64,000 bases of DNA from positions 1,168 to 65,167 of the forward strand of contig CAZLHI010000002.1 in NCBI GenBank assembly GCA_964559435.1, given 5' to 3'. Of the stretch, positions 20,159 to 30,639 are shown piece after piece (within the stretch, counting starts at the first letter, position 1; every line of letters begins with the position of its first letter). The stretch is from an uncultured bacterium (GTDB taxonomy: Bacteria > Armatimonadota > Hebobacteria > Hebobacterales > Hebobacteraceae). A program made the translations under genes and the position numbers. The notes beneath the pieces are model-generated. The model had not been told where the DNA came from. It saw only the letters and a program-made list of their open reading frames with translations, and did no database searches.

Positions 20159-20769
20159 TGCGCATCGCGATCTTGCTGGTGCTCTCCTATCTCCTCGGCA
20201 GCATTCCTTTCGGGGTGATGGCAGGCCGACTTCGGGGGGTCGATATTCGCAAGCACGGCAGCGGGAACATCGGATTCTCCAACGTCCTGCGGATTCTTGG
20301 GCCGGGCCCCGCGTCACTGGTTCTCGTTGGGGACGTTCTGAAAGGGGCCGTGCCTGTCGCCGTCGGTCGAAGTCTCGTGCGAAGTTGGCCGGTTGGCGAC
20401 CCTGACCTTTTGCTGCTGGCAGTGGCCCTAGCGCCGATTGTCGGACACACGTGTTCCGTCTTTCTGGGCTTCCGAGGAGGCCGAGCAGTTGCCACAACTC
20501 TCGGGGTTCTTCTTGCGATGACATGGCAGGCGGCTCTCGTTGGGGTTGGAGTCTGGTTGCTCGTCGTAGCAGCCACTCGCTATGTTTCTGTGGCCTCAAT
20601 CAGCGCGTCGGCAGCGGTTCCGATATGCCTGGCCGCGACGGGGACCCGCTGGGAATGGCTCGCGTTCTGGACCGCAGTGGCGGCGCTGATCATTGCGCGC
20701 CACATCCCTAACCTCGGACGACTCATTGAGGGCACGGAGTCGAAGATTGGACAACGTGCGGACCTGTAG
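20155..20769 (+). CDS. plsY: glycerol-3-phosphate acyltransferase PlsY
   Basis: YLLGSIPFG, GSGNIG, FRGGRAVAT, RHIPN. Confidence 0.95.
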   Translation: MMRIAILLVLSYLLGSIPFGVMAGRLRGVDIRKHGSGNIGFSNVLRILGPGPASLVLVGDVLKGAVPVAVGRSLVRSWPVGDPDLLLLAVALAPIVGHTCSVFLGFRGGRAVATTLGVLLAMTWQAALVGVGVWLLVVAATRYVSVASISASAAVPICLAATGTRWEWLAFWTAVAALIIARHIPNLGRLIEGTESKIGQRADL

Positions 20770-20915
20770 CCCGCCTTGAGGCGGGGTGGGGCATCTCGCG
20801 GGTTGCCGGGTCCCACGACTCTCGGCCCCGGGTGAGGGGGGATGGCCGCGTCCGAAGTTGTGGCATACTACCACAGCACCCAGCTGAACGACGGGAATCA
20901 GGCGAGGCGGGTGAT

Positions 20916-21938
20916 TTGACCGAACACGGTGGCAGAATCGCCGTCATTGGCGCCGGGAGCTGGGGGGCGGCGCTGAGCATTGCGCTGGGCCGGGCGGGCT
21001 GGCGCGTATCTCTGTGGGCTCGCCGGCCTGAGCTCGCCCGGGCGATTCAGCGCGAGGGCCGAAACCCCGAGTACCTCCCGGACTTCCAGTTCCCCGATGA
21101 TCTAGAGGTGACGGCGGAGCTGGCTCAAGCAGTGTCGGGCGCGGACTTGGTCGTTCTTGCCGTTCCCTCTCAAGGTGTCCGGACGGTCTGCTCGGAAATG
21201 GCTCGCGGGCTCCGCGATCGTCAGGGCATCGTCAGCGCCGCCAAAGGGCTCGAGCAAGAGACGGGCCGACGTCTCTCTCAGGTCATCGCCGAATGCATTG
21301 GCCCCGGCAAGCTCGGCGGCCTCGCCGTGCTCTCCGGGCCGAACCTGGCGCCGGAGGTTGCCGCGGGGCACGCCACGGTGAGCGTTGTGGCCTCACAAGA
21401 CAGGGCGTTTGCGTCCCGCGTGCAGGCCGCCCTCAGCACGCCTCGGTTCCGCGTCTACACCAACCCGGATGTGCTCGGAGTGGAGCTGGGCGGCGTGCTC
21501 AAGCACGTCGTGGCTATCGGCGCGGGGATCAGCGACGGGTTGGGATTCGGCGACAACACCAAAGCAGCCCTGATCACTCGCGGGCTGGCCGAGATGACGC
21601 GGCTCGGTGTGGCGTTGGGCGCTCAAGCTGCCACTTTCCACGGCCTCTCCGGAATGGGCGACCTTGTCGCGACCTGCGCCGGCAGAAAGAGCCGCAACTA
21701 CCGGGTTGGGTACGAGCTGGCCAAAGGTGGTCAGCTGGCCGATGTCCTGCGCGAGATGGCGCCCCAGGTGGCCGAAGGCGTCGCGACGACGCACTCTGTG
21801 GTGCGGCTGGCGGCGGCACAGGGCGTGGAGATGCCGATCGCGGGGGCCGTCTATGAGGTGCTGTTCGAAGGTCTGGGGCCCGTCGATGCGGTCACGTCCC
21901 TCATGACGAGGGCTGGGCGGGACGAGTTGGATGAGTGA
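20916..21938 (+). CDS. gpsA: NAD(P)H-dependent glycerol-3-phosphate dehydrogenase
   Basis: GAGSWG, KGLE, SGPNLA, GLSGMGDLVATC, SRN. Confidence 0.95.
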   Translation: MTEHGGRIAVIGAGSWGAALSIALGRAGWRVSLWARRPELARAIQREGRNPEYLPDFQFPDDLEVTAELAQAVSGADLVVLAVPSQGVRTVCSEMARGLRDRQGIVSAAKGLEQETGRRLSQVIAECIGPGKLGGLAVLSGPNLAPEVAAGHATVSVVASQDRAFASRVQAALSTPRFRVYTNPDVLGVELGGVLKHVVAIGAGISDGLGFGDNTKAALITRGLAEMTRLGVALGAQAATFHGLSGMGDLVATCAGRKSRNYRVGYELAKGGQLADVLREMAPQVAEGVATTHSVVRLAAAQGVEMPIAGAVYEVLFEGLGPVDAVTSLMTRAGRDELDE

Positions 21939-21965
21939 GGCGAGGATGTCGGGGCGGCGGTGTGT

Positions 21966-22352
21966 TTAGACCGAGGTCTCCGCGCCTGACGTGACTTCCT
22001 CGAGCAGCTTCGTTACCTGGGAAAGGCTGAAGGGCTTGCAGAGACACGCTGCGGCCCCGCTCCGCAGGGCCTCGTCGATGATGTCGTCCTTGGCGAACCC
22101 GGTGATCATTACAAACATCGCGTTGGGCTGTAGCTCGCGCAGCTTCTTGAGCGCCTCCAGGCCGCCCATTCCTGGCATGCGGATGTCCAGGAACACGAGG
22201 TCGAAGGTGTTGGCGGCGGCAAGCTCAAGCCCGCTCGCACCGTCTTGGCATGTGGTCACGCCATGCCCGAAGCGCGCCAAGAGATCCTGTAACAGCATGC
22301 AGATGCTCTGCTCGTCGTCGACAACGAGTACGTCAAGTGGCTTCGCGGACAC
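21966..22352 (-). CDS. single-domain response regulator (CheY-like)
   Basis: VVDD, LDIRMP, ITG, KPF. Confidence 0.92.
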   Translation of the reverse strand: MSAKPLDVLVVDDEQSICMLLQDLLARFGHGVTTCQDGASGLELAAANTFDLVFLDIRMPGMGGLEALKKLRELQPNAMFVMITGFAKDDIIDEALRSGAAACLCKPFSLSQVTKLLEEVTSGAETSV

Positions 22353-22513
22353 ATTCCGCCTCCCGCGGCGGCTGTCTGGGGCTTAGGGTTCAGCTTCCGC
22401 CTCCTGTGCAATGGACTTATTCCACAATTCGTTTTGCTGACGGGAAGCGAAAAGGACCGGGGAGACCGTACGCCGAAAAGGCGAACTGCAAAGAGCGTAG
22501 GGAGGATTCCGGC

Positions 22514-23950
22514 ATGGAAACTCGTCGCCGGCCGACCGGCTACATAGCGGTTGCTCTGATCGCACTCGTGCTGATCGGGTGGCTGGTGCAGCGGTACGTG
22601 GTGAAGCGCGGCCTGATAAGGGACCTCGGCACCAACACCATGCAGGTCAGGGTCGAGGCAGCTCGCAAGCTGCTCGAGATGGAGAAGCTGTCCGACTCCC
22701 TGCCGGCCCAGCATATCATCATCCGCAGCAAGACGGCCGAAGCGTTGGGTGAGATCGGCACCGATGAGGTCCTGGAGGTCCTCGGAGAGATCCTGAGGGA
22801 CCAAGAGGAGGCGCCGCGACGCTGGGCGCGCAAAGCGCTGGTCAAGCAAGGAAATAAATCGCTGCCGGTTCTGCTCGGTGCCTTGTCGGAGGGCGGCGAA
22901 ATCCGGGAGGAGACCATCAAGGCCCTCGAGGCCATCGGACCTGAGGCTTCAGAGAAGGTGCGCCTCCTTCTGTCTGACGGCTCGGCTGTCGATGGAGCAG
23001 CAGCAGCTTGCGCCCGTGTGGGCGGGGTGGGCATAGATGCGCTACTCCGCGCCTGCTACAATGCACACAAGGACCTGCGCGGCAAGGTCCTCGACAACCT
23101 CGGACTCCAGGGCATTGAGGCGGCCGTCGAGCCTGCTCTCTATAACCTGCTGCCCACAGACAAAAGCAAGAAGGGCGCCGCCATCAAGGCGCTGGGGCTG
23201 ATTGGCGACCGCAGCGCGGTCCCGAAGATAATCCCGTTCCTGGAGGACAAGGACAACCGGGAGGCCGCCGCGACGGCCCTGGGGCGAATCGGAGACCCCC
23301 GGGCCGTCGAGCCGATACTGGCGACGCTCACGGAGACCGAGAAGCGCTACCGGAACGCCGCCGTCCTGGCCCTGCGCCGAATCGGTCCGCCCGCGTTCCC
23401 CGCGCTCACAAGAGAGCTCCGCTCCGACGAGGTGCTGATGCGACGCGGCGCAGCCGCTTCCCTCATCGGATCGAAGTCCTCCAGGGTGAACGGCCCTCTC
23501 ATCGCAGCACTCGCTGATCCCGACGCCGAGGTGAGGGCCTCGGCCGCGCTGGCCCTTGGGTGGCAGGGCAATGTGGCCGCAGTGCCGGCCCTCATCGTCG
23601 CCCTGTCCGACTCGAGTTGGGAAGTCGTGGACTCGGCCGTCACGGCCATCGGGGACATCGGCTTGGATGCCATCCACCCGCTTCTCGCCGTCCTGCGAAG
23701 CGCTGAGTCCGGCGTCACGGTACGATACCAGGTTTCCCAAGCGCTGGCGGCCATGGGGAGAGCGGCCGTGCCTGAGTTGACCGATGCCCTCTCTGACCGC
23801 AGCTCTTCCGTGGCGACGTGGAGCGCGGTCGCGCTGGGTGAGATAGGCGATCCCAGGGCGGTTGCTCCTTTGCGCCAACTGGCAGAGAGGGCCAGTCCGG
23901 ATCTACGCTGGGTGGTCGAGGAGCAGCTCAGACGCTTGACAACGCTCTGA
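22514..23950 (+). CDS. HEAT/PBS-lyase repeat protein with N-terminal membrane anchor
   Basis: Repeated AAxALGxIG / L-x-D-x-x-x-x-VR units; TM segment at the N-terminus. ATG at 22514 follows GGAGG. Confidence 0.88.
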   Translation: METRRRPTGYIAVALIALVLIGWLVQRYVVKRGLIRDLGTNTMQVRVEAARKLLEMEKLSDSLPAQHIIIRSKTAEALGEIGTDEVLEVLGEILRDQEEAPRRWARKALVKQGNKSLPVLLGALSEGGEIREETIKALEAIGPEASEKVRLLLSDGSAVDGAAAACARVGGVGIDALLRACYNAHKDLRGKVLDNLGLQGIEAAVEPALYNLLPTDKSKKGAAIKALGLIGDRSAVPKIIPFLEDKDNREAAATALGRIGDPRAVEPILATLTETEKRYRNAAVLALRRIGPPAFPALTRELRSDEVLMRRGAAASLIGSKSSRVNGPLIAALADPDAEVRASAALALGWQGNVAAVPALIVALSDSSWEVVDSAVTAIGDIGLDAIHPLLAVLRSAESGVTVRYQVSQALAAMGRAAVPELTDALSDRSSSVATWSAVALGEIGDPRAVAPLRQLAERASPDLRWVVEEQLRRLTTL

Positions 23951-24039
23951 GGCCGCTCGCGGGCCTCTGAGACGCTCCAGACGGAGGTCGCGGCGGCGCC
24001 TCAAATGGGCGCGGGCCGCGACATCTTTTCCTGCCGCCC

Positions 24040-24070
24040 CTTGACAGCAATGTTATCAAGGGATTACAAT
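24040..24070 (+). promoter_or_regulatory. sigma70-type promoter of the dnaK operon overlapped by a HAIR-like (HspR) operator
   Basis: TTGACA (24041-46), 18 nt, TACAAT (24065-70). Palindrome CTTGA-N11-TCAAG at 24040-24060. Confidence 0.75.
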
Positions 24071-24177
24071 TGGGTAGGCTAATACTTACTGCAGCAGATG
24101 GCAGAGCGGGCCGTTGTGCTTGATTACAGCGTTTCCCGCGTATCGAATCTCACGAGAACTAACGGAGGTCTACTGTC

Positions 24178-26100
24178 GTGGCGAAAGTGATCGGAATTGA
24201 CTTGGGCACGACCAACTCTGTGGTCGCCGTAATCGAGGGGGGCGAGCCGGTCGTGATGCCCAACGCCGAGGGGAGCCGGCTGACCCCATCTGTGGTGGGC
24301 TTCACGAAGGGTGGAGAACGTCTGGTTGGGCAGCCTGCAAAGCGCCAGGCTGTGATCAACGCGGAGAACACAGTCTACTCGATCAAGCGCTTTATGGGAC
24401 GGCGCCACTCCGAGGTCCAGACAGAGCGCAGCATGGTCCCATTCCGGGTTGTCCAGGGGCAGAACGACATGGCCGTGGTGGAAGTTGGCGAGAAGCGGTA
24501 CACGCCTGAGGAGATCTCTGCCATGGTCCTCCGGAAGCTGCGTGAGGATGCGGAGGCCTACCTTGGCGAGAAGGTGGCCCGCGCGGTCGTCACCGTGCCA
24601 GCATACTTCAACGACGCACAGCGCACCGCCACCAAGAACGCCGGGGAGATCGCCGGGCTCGAGGTGCTCAGGATCATAAACGAGCCGACGGCGGCAGCTC
24701 TTGCCTACGGGTTTGCGCGGGGCGACTCGACGGCCGAGCAGAGAATCCTCGTATGGGACCTGGGTGGGGGGACGTTCGATGTTTCTCTGCTTGAGGTGGG
24801 GGAGGCCGTGTGCGAGGTCAAGGCCACGAACGGCGACACGCACCTGGGCGGCGACGACTGGGACGAACGCATCGTCAACTACGTCGCCGACGAGTTCCAG
24901 AAAGAGCAAGGCATAGACCTGCGCAAGGACCGCCAGGCGCTTCAGCGGCTGCGAGAGGCGGCCGAGAAGGCGAAGGTCGAGCTGTCGTCCATGGTCCAGA
25001 CAAGCATCAACCTCCCCTTCGTCACGGCCGACCAGACCGGGCCCAAGCACCTGGACATGAATCTTACGAGAGCGAAGTTCGAGGAACTGACCCAGGACCT
25101 GCTCGAGCGGATGGTAGGGCCCTTCGAACAAGCGCTGAGCGATGCCAAGATCAAGGCACAGGACCTCGACGCCGTAGTGCTGGTTGGCGGTGCGACGCGG
25201 ATGCCGATGGTTCAGGACCTCATCCGTCGGCTGACGCAGAAGGAGCCGCATAAGGGCGTCAACCCGGATGAAGTCGTGGCGATGGGCGCGGCCATCCAGG
25301 CGGGCATCATCGTTCGCGAGGTAGACGACGTTCTGCTTCTGGACGTGACCCCGCTGTCGCTGGGCATCGAGACCCTGGGCGGCGTGATGACCAGGCTGAT
25401 TGAGCGCAACACCACTATCCCGACCCAGAAGACGGAGGTCTTCACCACCGCCGCCGATAGTCAGACCGAGGTCGAAGTCCACGTGCTTCAGGGCGAGCGC
25501 CCGATGGCGAACGACAACCGCAGCCTGGGTAGGTTCCGGCTGACCGGGATTCCGCCCGCGCCGCGAGGTGTCCCCAAGGTCGAGGTTTCCTTCAACATCG
25601 ACGCCAATGGCATTCTCAACGTCGCCGCGAAGGATATGGCGACCGGCAACAAGCAGGAAATCACGATCTCCGGCTCGAGCCAGCTCGAACGCGGCGCAGT
25701 CGAGCGGATGGTCAAAGAAGCTGAGCAGCATGCTGAGGAGGACCGTCAGGCTCGCGAGGCCGCGGACACGCGCAATCAGGCCGAGCAGCTCATGTACACC
25801 GCCGAGCGTAGCCTGAAGGACCTGGGAGACAAGGTGCCGGCCGATAAGAAGAAGGCGGCTGAGGAGGCGATCAAGGAGGTCCGGGAAGCCCTGGAGGGCC
25901 AGGACACGAATCGCATCCGGACCGCGGCCGATGGGCTTCAGCAGGCGTTCGCAGATGTCTCGCAGGCTGCGTATCAGCAGGCGGGCGCAGGACAGCAGGC
26001 TGCCGGTGCGCCCGCCGAGGGCGCTGGCACGAGCGAGGAGCCTGACGCCGAAGGGGGAGACGAAGGCGTCATCGACGCTGAGTTCCGAGAGAGCGACTAG
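24178..26100 (+). CDS. dnaK: molecular chaperone DnaK
   Basis: [33 protein letters not shown]. Confidence 0.98.
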   Translation: MAKVIGIDLGTTNSVVAVIEGGEPVVMPNAEGSRLTPSVVGFTKGGERLVGQPAKRQAVINAENTVYSIKRFMGRRHSEVQTERSMVPFRVVQGQNDMAVVEVGEKRYTPEEISAMVLRKLREDAEAYLGEKVARAVVTVPAYFNDAQRTATKNAGEIAGLEVLRIINEPTAAALAYGFARGDSTAEQRILVWDLGGGTFDVSLLEVGEAVCEVKATNGDTHLGGDDWDERIVNYVADEFQKEQGIDLRKDRQALQRLREAAEKAKVELSSMVQTSINLPFVTADQTGPKHLDMNLTRAKFEELTQDLLERMVGPFEQALSDAKIKAQDLDAVVLVGGATRMPMVQDLIRRLTQKEPHKGVNPDEVVAMGAAIQAGIIVREVDDVLLLDVTPLSLGIETLGGVMTRLIERNTTIPTQKTEVFTTAADSQTEVEVHVLQGERPMANDNRSLGRFRLTGIPPAPRGVPKVEVSFNIDANGILNVAAKDMATGNKQEITISGSSQLERGAVERMVKEAEQHAEEDRQAREAADTRNQAEQLMYTAERSLKDLGDKVPADKKKAAEEAIKEVREALEGQDTNRIRTAADGLQQAFADVSQAAYQQAGAGQQAAGAPAEGAGTSEEPDAEGGDEGVIDAEFRESD

Positions 26101-26133
26101 CGCAGGCCCCGCAGGGCCCGGAGGGTCAGCACA

Positions 26134-26565
26134 ATGGCGTTCGGCAACTGGGACATCTTCGGCGACATCACACGGCTGCGGAGAGACCTAGACAGGTTCT
26201 CTGAGAGTGTCCGCTCCGGCCGCCATGTGGCGGACGAGGAGCAGGTTTGGGCCCCACCTGTCGATATCCACGAAGAGGACGATGCACTTGTTCTCTTCGT
26301 GGACCTGCCCGGCCTCAAGCGGGAAGAGATCGACCTGGAGATCCATGAGGACAGCGTGACCCTGCAGGGCGAGAGGGACCGGCCGGACGACGAGAGCGGA
26401 ATACGGCTGGAGCGACCAATGGGGCGCTTCCGGCGTTCGTTCCGGATTGGCATGCCGGTTGAGCCAGCCAGCGTCCAGGCCACCTACCGCGATGGCGTGC
26501 TGCGGATTCGCCTCCCGCGAGCTCGGCCCGCCGGGCCTTCGCGCGCGCGGGTCGACGTGAAGTGA
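26134..26565 (+). CDS. Hsp20/alpha-crystallin small heat shock protein
   Basis: PPVDI, DLPG, ER-x-x-GRFRRSF, ATYRDGVL. Confidence 0.93.
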   Translation: MAFGNWDIFGDITRLRRDLDRFSESVRSGRHVADEEQVWAPPVDIHEEDDALVLFVDLPGLKREEIDLEIHEDSVTLQGERDRPDDESGIRLERPMGRFRRSFRIGMPVEPASVQATYRDGVLRIRLPRARPAGPSRARVDVK

Positions 26566-26576
26566 GGCACAGCTAG

Positions 26577-27590
26577 ATGCCGGCGGGCGGGTCGCGCGAT
26601 TATTACGAGACGCTGGGAGTCAGTCGGGATGCTGACGAGAAGGCGATCAAGAGCGCTTTCCGTCGCCTGGCTCGCAAGTACCATCCCGACGTCAATCCCG
26701 GCGATAAGGAGGCAGAGCGGAAGTTCAAGGAGATCAGCGAGGCCTATGAGGTGCTGCGCGATCCGAAGAAGCGGTCTCAGTACGATCGCTTCGGGCACCT
26801 TGGCGACGCCTGGCGTCGGGCCGCCGCGGGCGCGCCCGGCGGCTGGGCCGGTCGCGCCACGGCTGGGCCCGATTTCGATTTCAGCGGGTTCGGCGGAAAC
26901 CTGAATGACTTGCTTGAGGAACTGCTCGGCGGCCGGGGCGGGCCGTTCGCGCAGGCCCGGCCACGGCGAGGCCAGGATGTGCGGGCCGAGATAGAGCTCA
27001 CGCTGGAGGATGCCTACCACGGCGTGACCCGAGACATCACCCTGCCGATACCGCAGATGTGCGCGATGTGCGGTGGTGGTGGGATTATCGGCCAAGGTTC
27101 CGTCTGTACCGCTTGCAGGGGAGCGGGACAGGTCGGGCAGACGAAGCGGCTCCAGGTCAAGATCCCGCCCGGCGTTCGGACCGGCTCTCGGGTTCGCGTG
27201 GCAGGTCAGGGCGCGCCCGGCCCCACGGGGCAGCGCGGTGACCTCTACCTGATACCGAAGGTCGCTCCTCACGCAGTGTTCAGGCGCCAGGGCGATGACC
27301 TGCACATCGAGGTGCCTGTGAGCTACGTGGAGGCGGCCTTGGGCGCGGAAGTAGAGGTGCCCACCCTAAACGGCCAAGTGAAGATGAAGCTGCCGGCTGG
27401 CGCCTCCTCCGGCCAGCGGCTGCGTCTGGCGGGGCGCGGAATGCCCCGCATGAGGGGTGGCGGAAGCGGTGATCTCTACGTCCGTATCCGCATAGTCGTG
27501 CCGAAGAACCTCTCTCGGGAGGAGAAAAACCTGATCAGACGTCTTGGGGACATGCGTCGGGACAACCCGCGCGCCGACCTTCGCGCCTGA
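26577..27590 (+). CDS. dnaJ: DnaJ-class co-chaperone with a shortened zinc finger
   Basis: J-domain with HPD, G/F region, two CxxCxGxG motifs, DnaJ C-terminal domain. Confidence 0.9.
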   Translation: MPAGGSRDYYETLGVSRDADEKAIKSAFRRLARKYHPDVNPGDKEAERKFKEISEAYEVLRDPKKRSQYDRFGHLGDAWRRAAAGAPGGWAGRATAGPDFDFSGFGGNLNDLLEELLGGRGGPFAQARPRRGQDVRAEIELTLEDAYHGVTRDITLPIPQMCAMCGGGGIIGQGSVCTACRGAGQVGQTKRLQVKIPPGVRTGSRVRVAGQGAPGPTGQRGDLYLIPKVAPHAVFRRQGDDLHIEVPVSYVEAALGAEVEVPTLNGQVKMKLPAGASSGQRLRLAGRGMPRMRGGGSGDLYVRIRIVVPKNLSREEKNLIRRLGDMRRDNPRADLRA

Positions 27591-27619
27591 GCATCGCGCG
27601 AGGGGAGGAGGCAACTTAT

Positions 27620-27967
27620 ATGAGGCGAGATTCTTCTGCGCCATTGTATGTGATAAGCGTGGCGGCCAAGCTGGTGGACATGCACCCGCAGACGCTTCGC
27701 ATGTATGAGCGGCTGGGCCTCGTGCAGCCCGCGCGAACCGAGAACAACATCCGGCTCTACTCGGATGAAGACATAGAGCGCTTCCGGCAGATCCAGCGTC
27801 TGACGAGCGTCGGCCTCAACCTCGCTGGCGTCGAGATGGTGCTGGACCTGCTCGAGAGGATGGAGAACATGCGCCGTGACTTCGAGGGGGAGATGGCGCG
27901 GCGTAAGGAGGAGATGGAGCGAGAGATTCGGCGCCTCCGCCGCGAGGCCGCGACCGCAAGACGGTAG
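27620..27967 (+). CDS. hspR: HspR-type MerR family heat-shock repressor
   Basis: ISVAAKLVDMHPQTLRMYER...GLNLAG; located after dnaJ. Confidence 0.88.
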   Translation: MRRDSSAPLYVISVAAKLVDMHPQTLRMYERLGLVQPARTENNIRLYSDEDIERFRQIQRLTSVGLNLAGVEMVLDLLERMENMRRDFEGEMARRKEEMEREIRRLRREAATARR

Positions 27968-28047
27968 CAATGACGCGGCCGGCGTTGTGCCGATCTCCGG
28001 GGACGCCACGCCGGCGCCTGCCCGAAGAGGTGGGAGTCAATAGGAAC

Positions 28048-30513
28048 ATGGACATAAACAAGTTCACTGACAGAGCGAAGCAAGCCCTGATGGCGAGCCA
28101 GGAGGTCATGCGCCGCTATGAGCATTCGCAGGTCGATGTCGAGCATCTGCTGCTGGCGCTGCTCGAGTCGAGCGATGGCCTGGCAGGAGAGATCATTGCC
28201 AAGGCCGGTGGCGACTCGGCCGGGGTCAAGCGTGACGTTGAGTCCGCGCTTGCGCGGGGCCCGAAGGTCGAGGTCTCTGGCGGGGGCACCGGGCAAGTAT
28301 ACGTTACCCCTGCTCTTCTGGAGGTCCTCGAGCGGACCGCCTGGGAGCACGCTCAGCGAATGCAGGACAGCCTGATCGCCGTTGAGCATCTGCTGCTCGC
28401 CATCGTGACTCAGGAGAGGTCCGAGGCGGCGCGGATACTGCGGTCCAACGGCGTAGCGATAGAGGGGCTGCAGCGCGCTATCGCTGAGGTCAGGAGTGGC
28501 CAGCGTGTGACGGACCAGGGCGCGGAAGGCAGATATCAAGCACTGGAGCGCTTCAGCAGGGACCTGACGGACCTGGCCCGCCAGGGGAAGCTTGACCCCG
28601 TGATCGGCCGCGACGCCGAGATACAGAGGGTCATCCAGATCCTCAGCCGCCGGACCAAGAACAATCCTGTGCTGATCGGTGATCCAGGGGTCGGGAAGAC
28701 GGCCGTGGTCGAGGGGCTTGCCCAGAACATCGTATCCGGGGAGATTCCGCGAACGCTCAGGGATAAGCGCATTCTCGCGCTCGACCTGGGTGCCATGGTC
28801 GCCGGCTCGAAGTTCCGCGGCGAGTTCGAGGAGCGCCTGAAGGCCGTGATGGATGAGATTCGCAAGGCCGAGGGCAAGATCATGGTTTTCATCGATGAGC
28901 TCCACACGGTCGTTGGGGCCGGTGCTGCCGAAGGTGCCATTGACGCCTCGAACATGCTCAAGCCGGCGCTGGCGAGGGGGGAGCTGCAGGCAATGGGGGC
29001 GACGACGCTGGACGAGTACAGGAAGCACATCGAGAAGGACGCCGCGCTGGAGCGGCGCTTCGCCCCTGTGTACGTCGAGGAGCCAAGCATTGAGGACACG
29101 ATCGCGATTCTGAAGGGACTGCGAGAACGGTACGAAGAGCATCATAGCGTGTCATATGATGAAGATGCGCTGGAGGCGGCCGCCCGTCTCTCAGCGCGTT
29201 ACATAACGGATCGATTCCTGCCCGACAAGGCGATAGATCTCGTAGACGAGGCGGGTTCCAAGAAGCACCTGCAGGCCGTGCTCTCGCCCCCGGACATCGC
29301 GCAGCTCGAATCACAGATCAACCGACTGGAGGAGCAGCGGGAGGCGGCGGCCCTCCGACAGGACTACGAGACAGCGGCGAAGATGAAGCAGGAGATCGAA
29401 GTCCTTCGCTCCCAGCTCGACGAGAAGCAGAAGAATTGGGAAGCCGAATCGGGCAAGGCCGACTCACGCGTCAGCGCGGAAGACATCGCACAGATCGTTT
29501 CGACATGGACGGGCATTCCGGTCTCCCGGATGTTCGAGGAGGAGAGCGAGAAGCTGCTGCGGATGGAGGAGGAGCTGCACAGGCGCGTGATCGGCCAGGA
29601 CGAAGCGGTCCACGCCATCTCCGAGAGCGTTCGGCGGGCGAGAGCCGGGCTCAAGGACCCAAAGCGGCCCATTGGCTCGTTCGTCTTCCTCGGTCCGACC
29701 GGTGTGGGGAAGACGGAGCTCGCCCGCGCGCTTGCCGAATTCCTCTTCGATGACGAAGACGCGATGGTACGGCTGGACATGTCGGAGTACATGGAGCGCT
29801 TCGCCGTCTCGCGCATGGTGGGCGCGCCGCCGGGCTACGTTGGGTATGAGGAGGGCGGCCAGCTCACCGAGGCGGTGCGGCGCCGACCCTACCGGGTGGT
29901 TCTCTTCGACGAGATCGAGAAGGCTCACCCTGACGTCTTCAATATGCTGCTGCAGATCCTGGAGGACGGGCGGCTGACAGATGCCGCCGGACGAGTGGTT
30001 GACTTCAGGAACACCGTGATAATCATGACGAGCAACCTCGGCAGCCAGCACGTCCGGTCCGGCGCCCTCGGACTGGGCGGTGCCGCCGCGACCGAGGACT
30101 TCGCCCGGACGCGGGAGCAGATGCTGGCGGAGTTGAGAAAGACCTTCCGGCCCGAGTTGCTGAACCGGATCGATGAGATCGTGGTCTTCGAGCCACTGAC
30201 CCAGCAGCAGATCGAGCAGATCGTGGATCTCATGCTCGATCGCGTACGCGAGCAGCTTGGCGAGCGCAAGATCACTCTTGAGGCCGCCGAGCCCGCGCGC
30301 TTGCTGCTCGCCAAGGAGGGCTTCGATCCCGAGTACGGCGCCCGTCCCCTGCGGCGCACCATCCAGCGGCTGGTTGAGAATCCCATCGCCCGCGGTATCC
30401 TCCAGGGCGAGTATCGTGAGGGGGACACGGTCGTGCTCGACGTGGAGGACGACAAGCTCGTGCCGCGGCTGCTGGTGCCGGCGTCGGAGAAGCAGGCCGC
30501 GGCCTCCGACTAG
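28048..30513 (+). CDS. ATP-dependent Clp/Hsp100 ATPase (ClpB/ClpC family, short ClpC-like middle domain)
   Basis: Two Walker A motifs ([16 protein letters not shown]), Clp N-domain. ATG at 28048 (MDINKF). Confidence 0.93.
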   Translation: MDINKFTDRAKQALMASQEVMRRYEHSQVDVEHLLLALLESSDGLAGEIIAKAGGDSAGVKRDVESALARGPKVEVSGGGTGQVYVTPALLEVLERTAWEHAQRMQDSLIAVEHLLLAIVTQERSEAARILRSNGVAIEGLQRAIAEVRSGQRVTDQGAEGRYQALERFSRDLTDLARQGKLDPVIGRDAEIQRVIQILSRRTKNNPVLIGDPGVGKTAVVEGLAQNIVSGEIPRTLRDKRILALDLGAMVAGSKFRGEFEERLKAVMDEIRKAEGKIMVFIDELHTVVGAGAAEGAIDASNMLKPALARGELQAMGATTLDEYRKHIEKDAALERRFAPVYVEEPSIEDTIAILKGLRERYEEHHSVSYDEDALEAAARLSARYITDRFLPDKAIDLVDEAGSKKHLQAVLSPPDIAQLESQINRLEEQREAAALRQDYETAAKMKQEIEVLRSQLDEKQKNWEAESGKADSRVSAEDIAQIVSTWTGIPVSRMFEEESEKLLRMEEELHRRVIGQDEAVHAISESVRRARAGLKDPKRPIGSFVFLGPTGVGKTELARALAEFLFDDEDAMVRLDMSEYMERFAVSRMVGAPPGYVGYEEGGQLTEAVRRRPYRVVLFDEIEKAHPDVFNMLLQILEDGRLTDAAGRVVDFRNTVIIMTSNLGSQHVRSGALGLGGAAATEDFARTREQMLAELRKTFRPELLNRIDEIVVFEPLTQQQIEQIVDLMLDRVREQLGERKITLEAAEPARLLLAKEGFDPEYGARPLRRTIQRLVENPIARGILQGEYREGDTVVLDVEDDKLVPRLLVPASEKQAAASD

Positions 30514-30639
30514 GGACGACCCTACGTCAAAGCGCCCTGTCTGCTTCACAGGAATTTCACAGGGCGGCCGTAAGCTACCAACAGCGGGCCAGCGCGTCGA
30601 CGCTGGCCCGTGTGCTCCCTACGGGGACTGGAGGACCCA

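Noticed and set aside
24124-25731. 535 aa antisense ORF over dnaK, plus similar long shadow ORFs opposite clp, der, ahcY and the EPS genes
   Set aside because: Well-known antisense shadows caused by GC-rich codon bias; the sense-strand genes are unambiguous.
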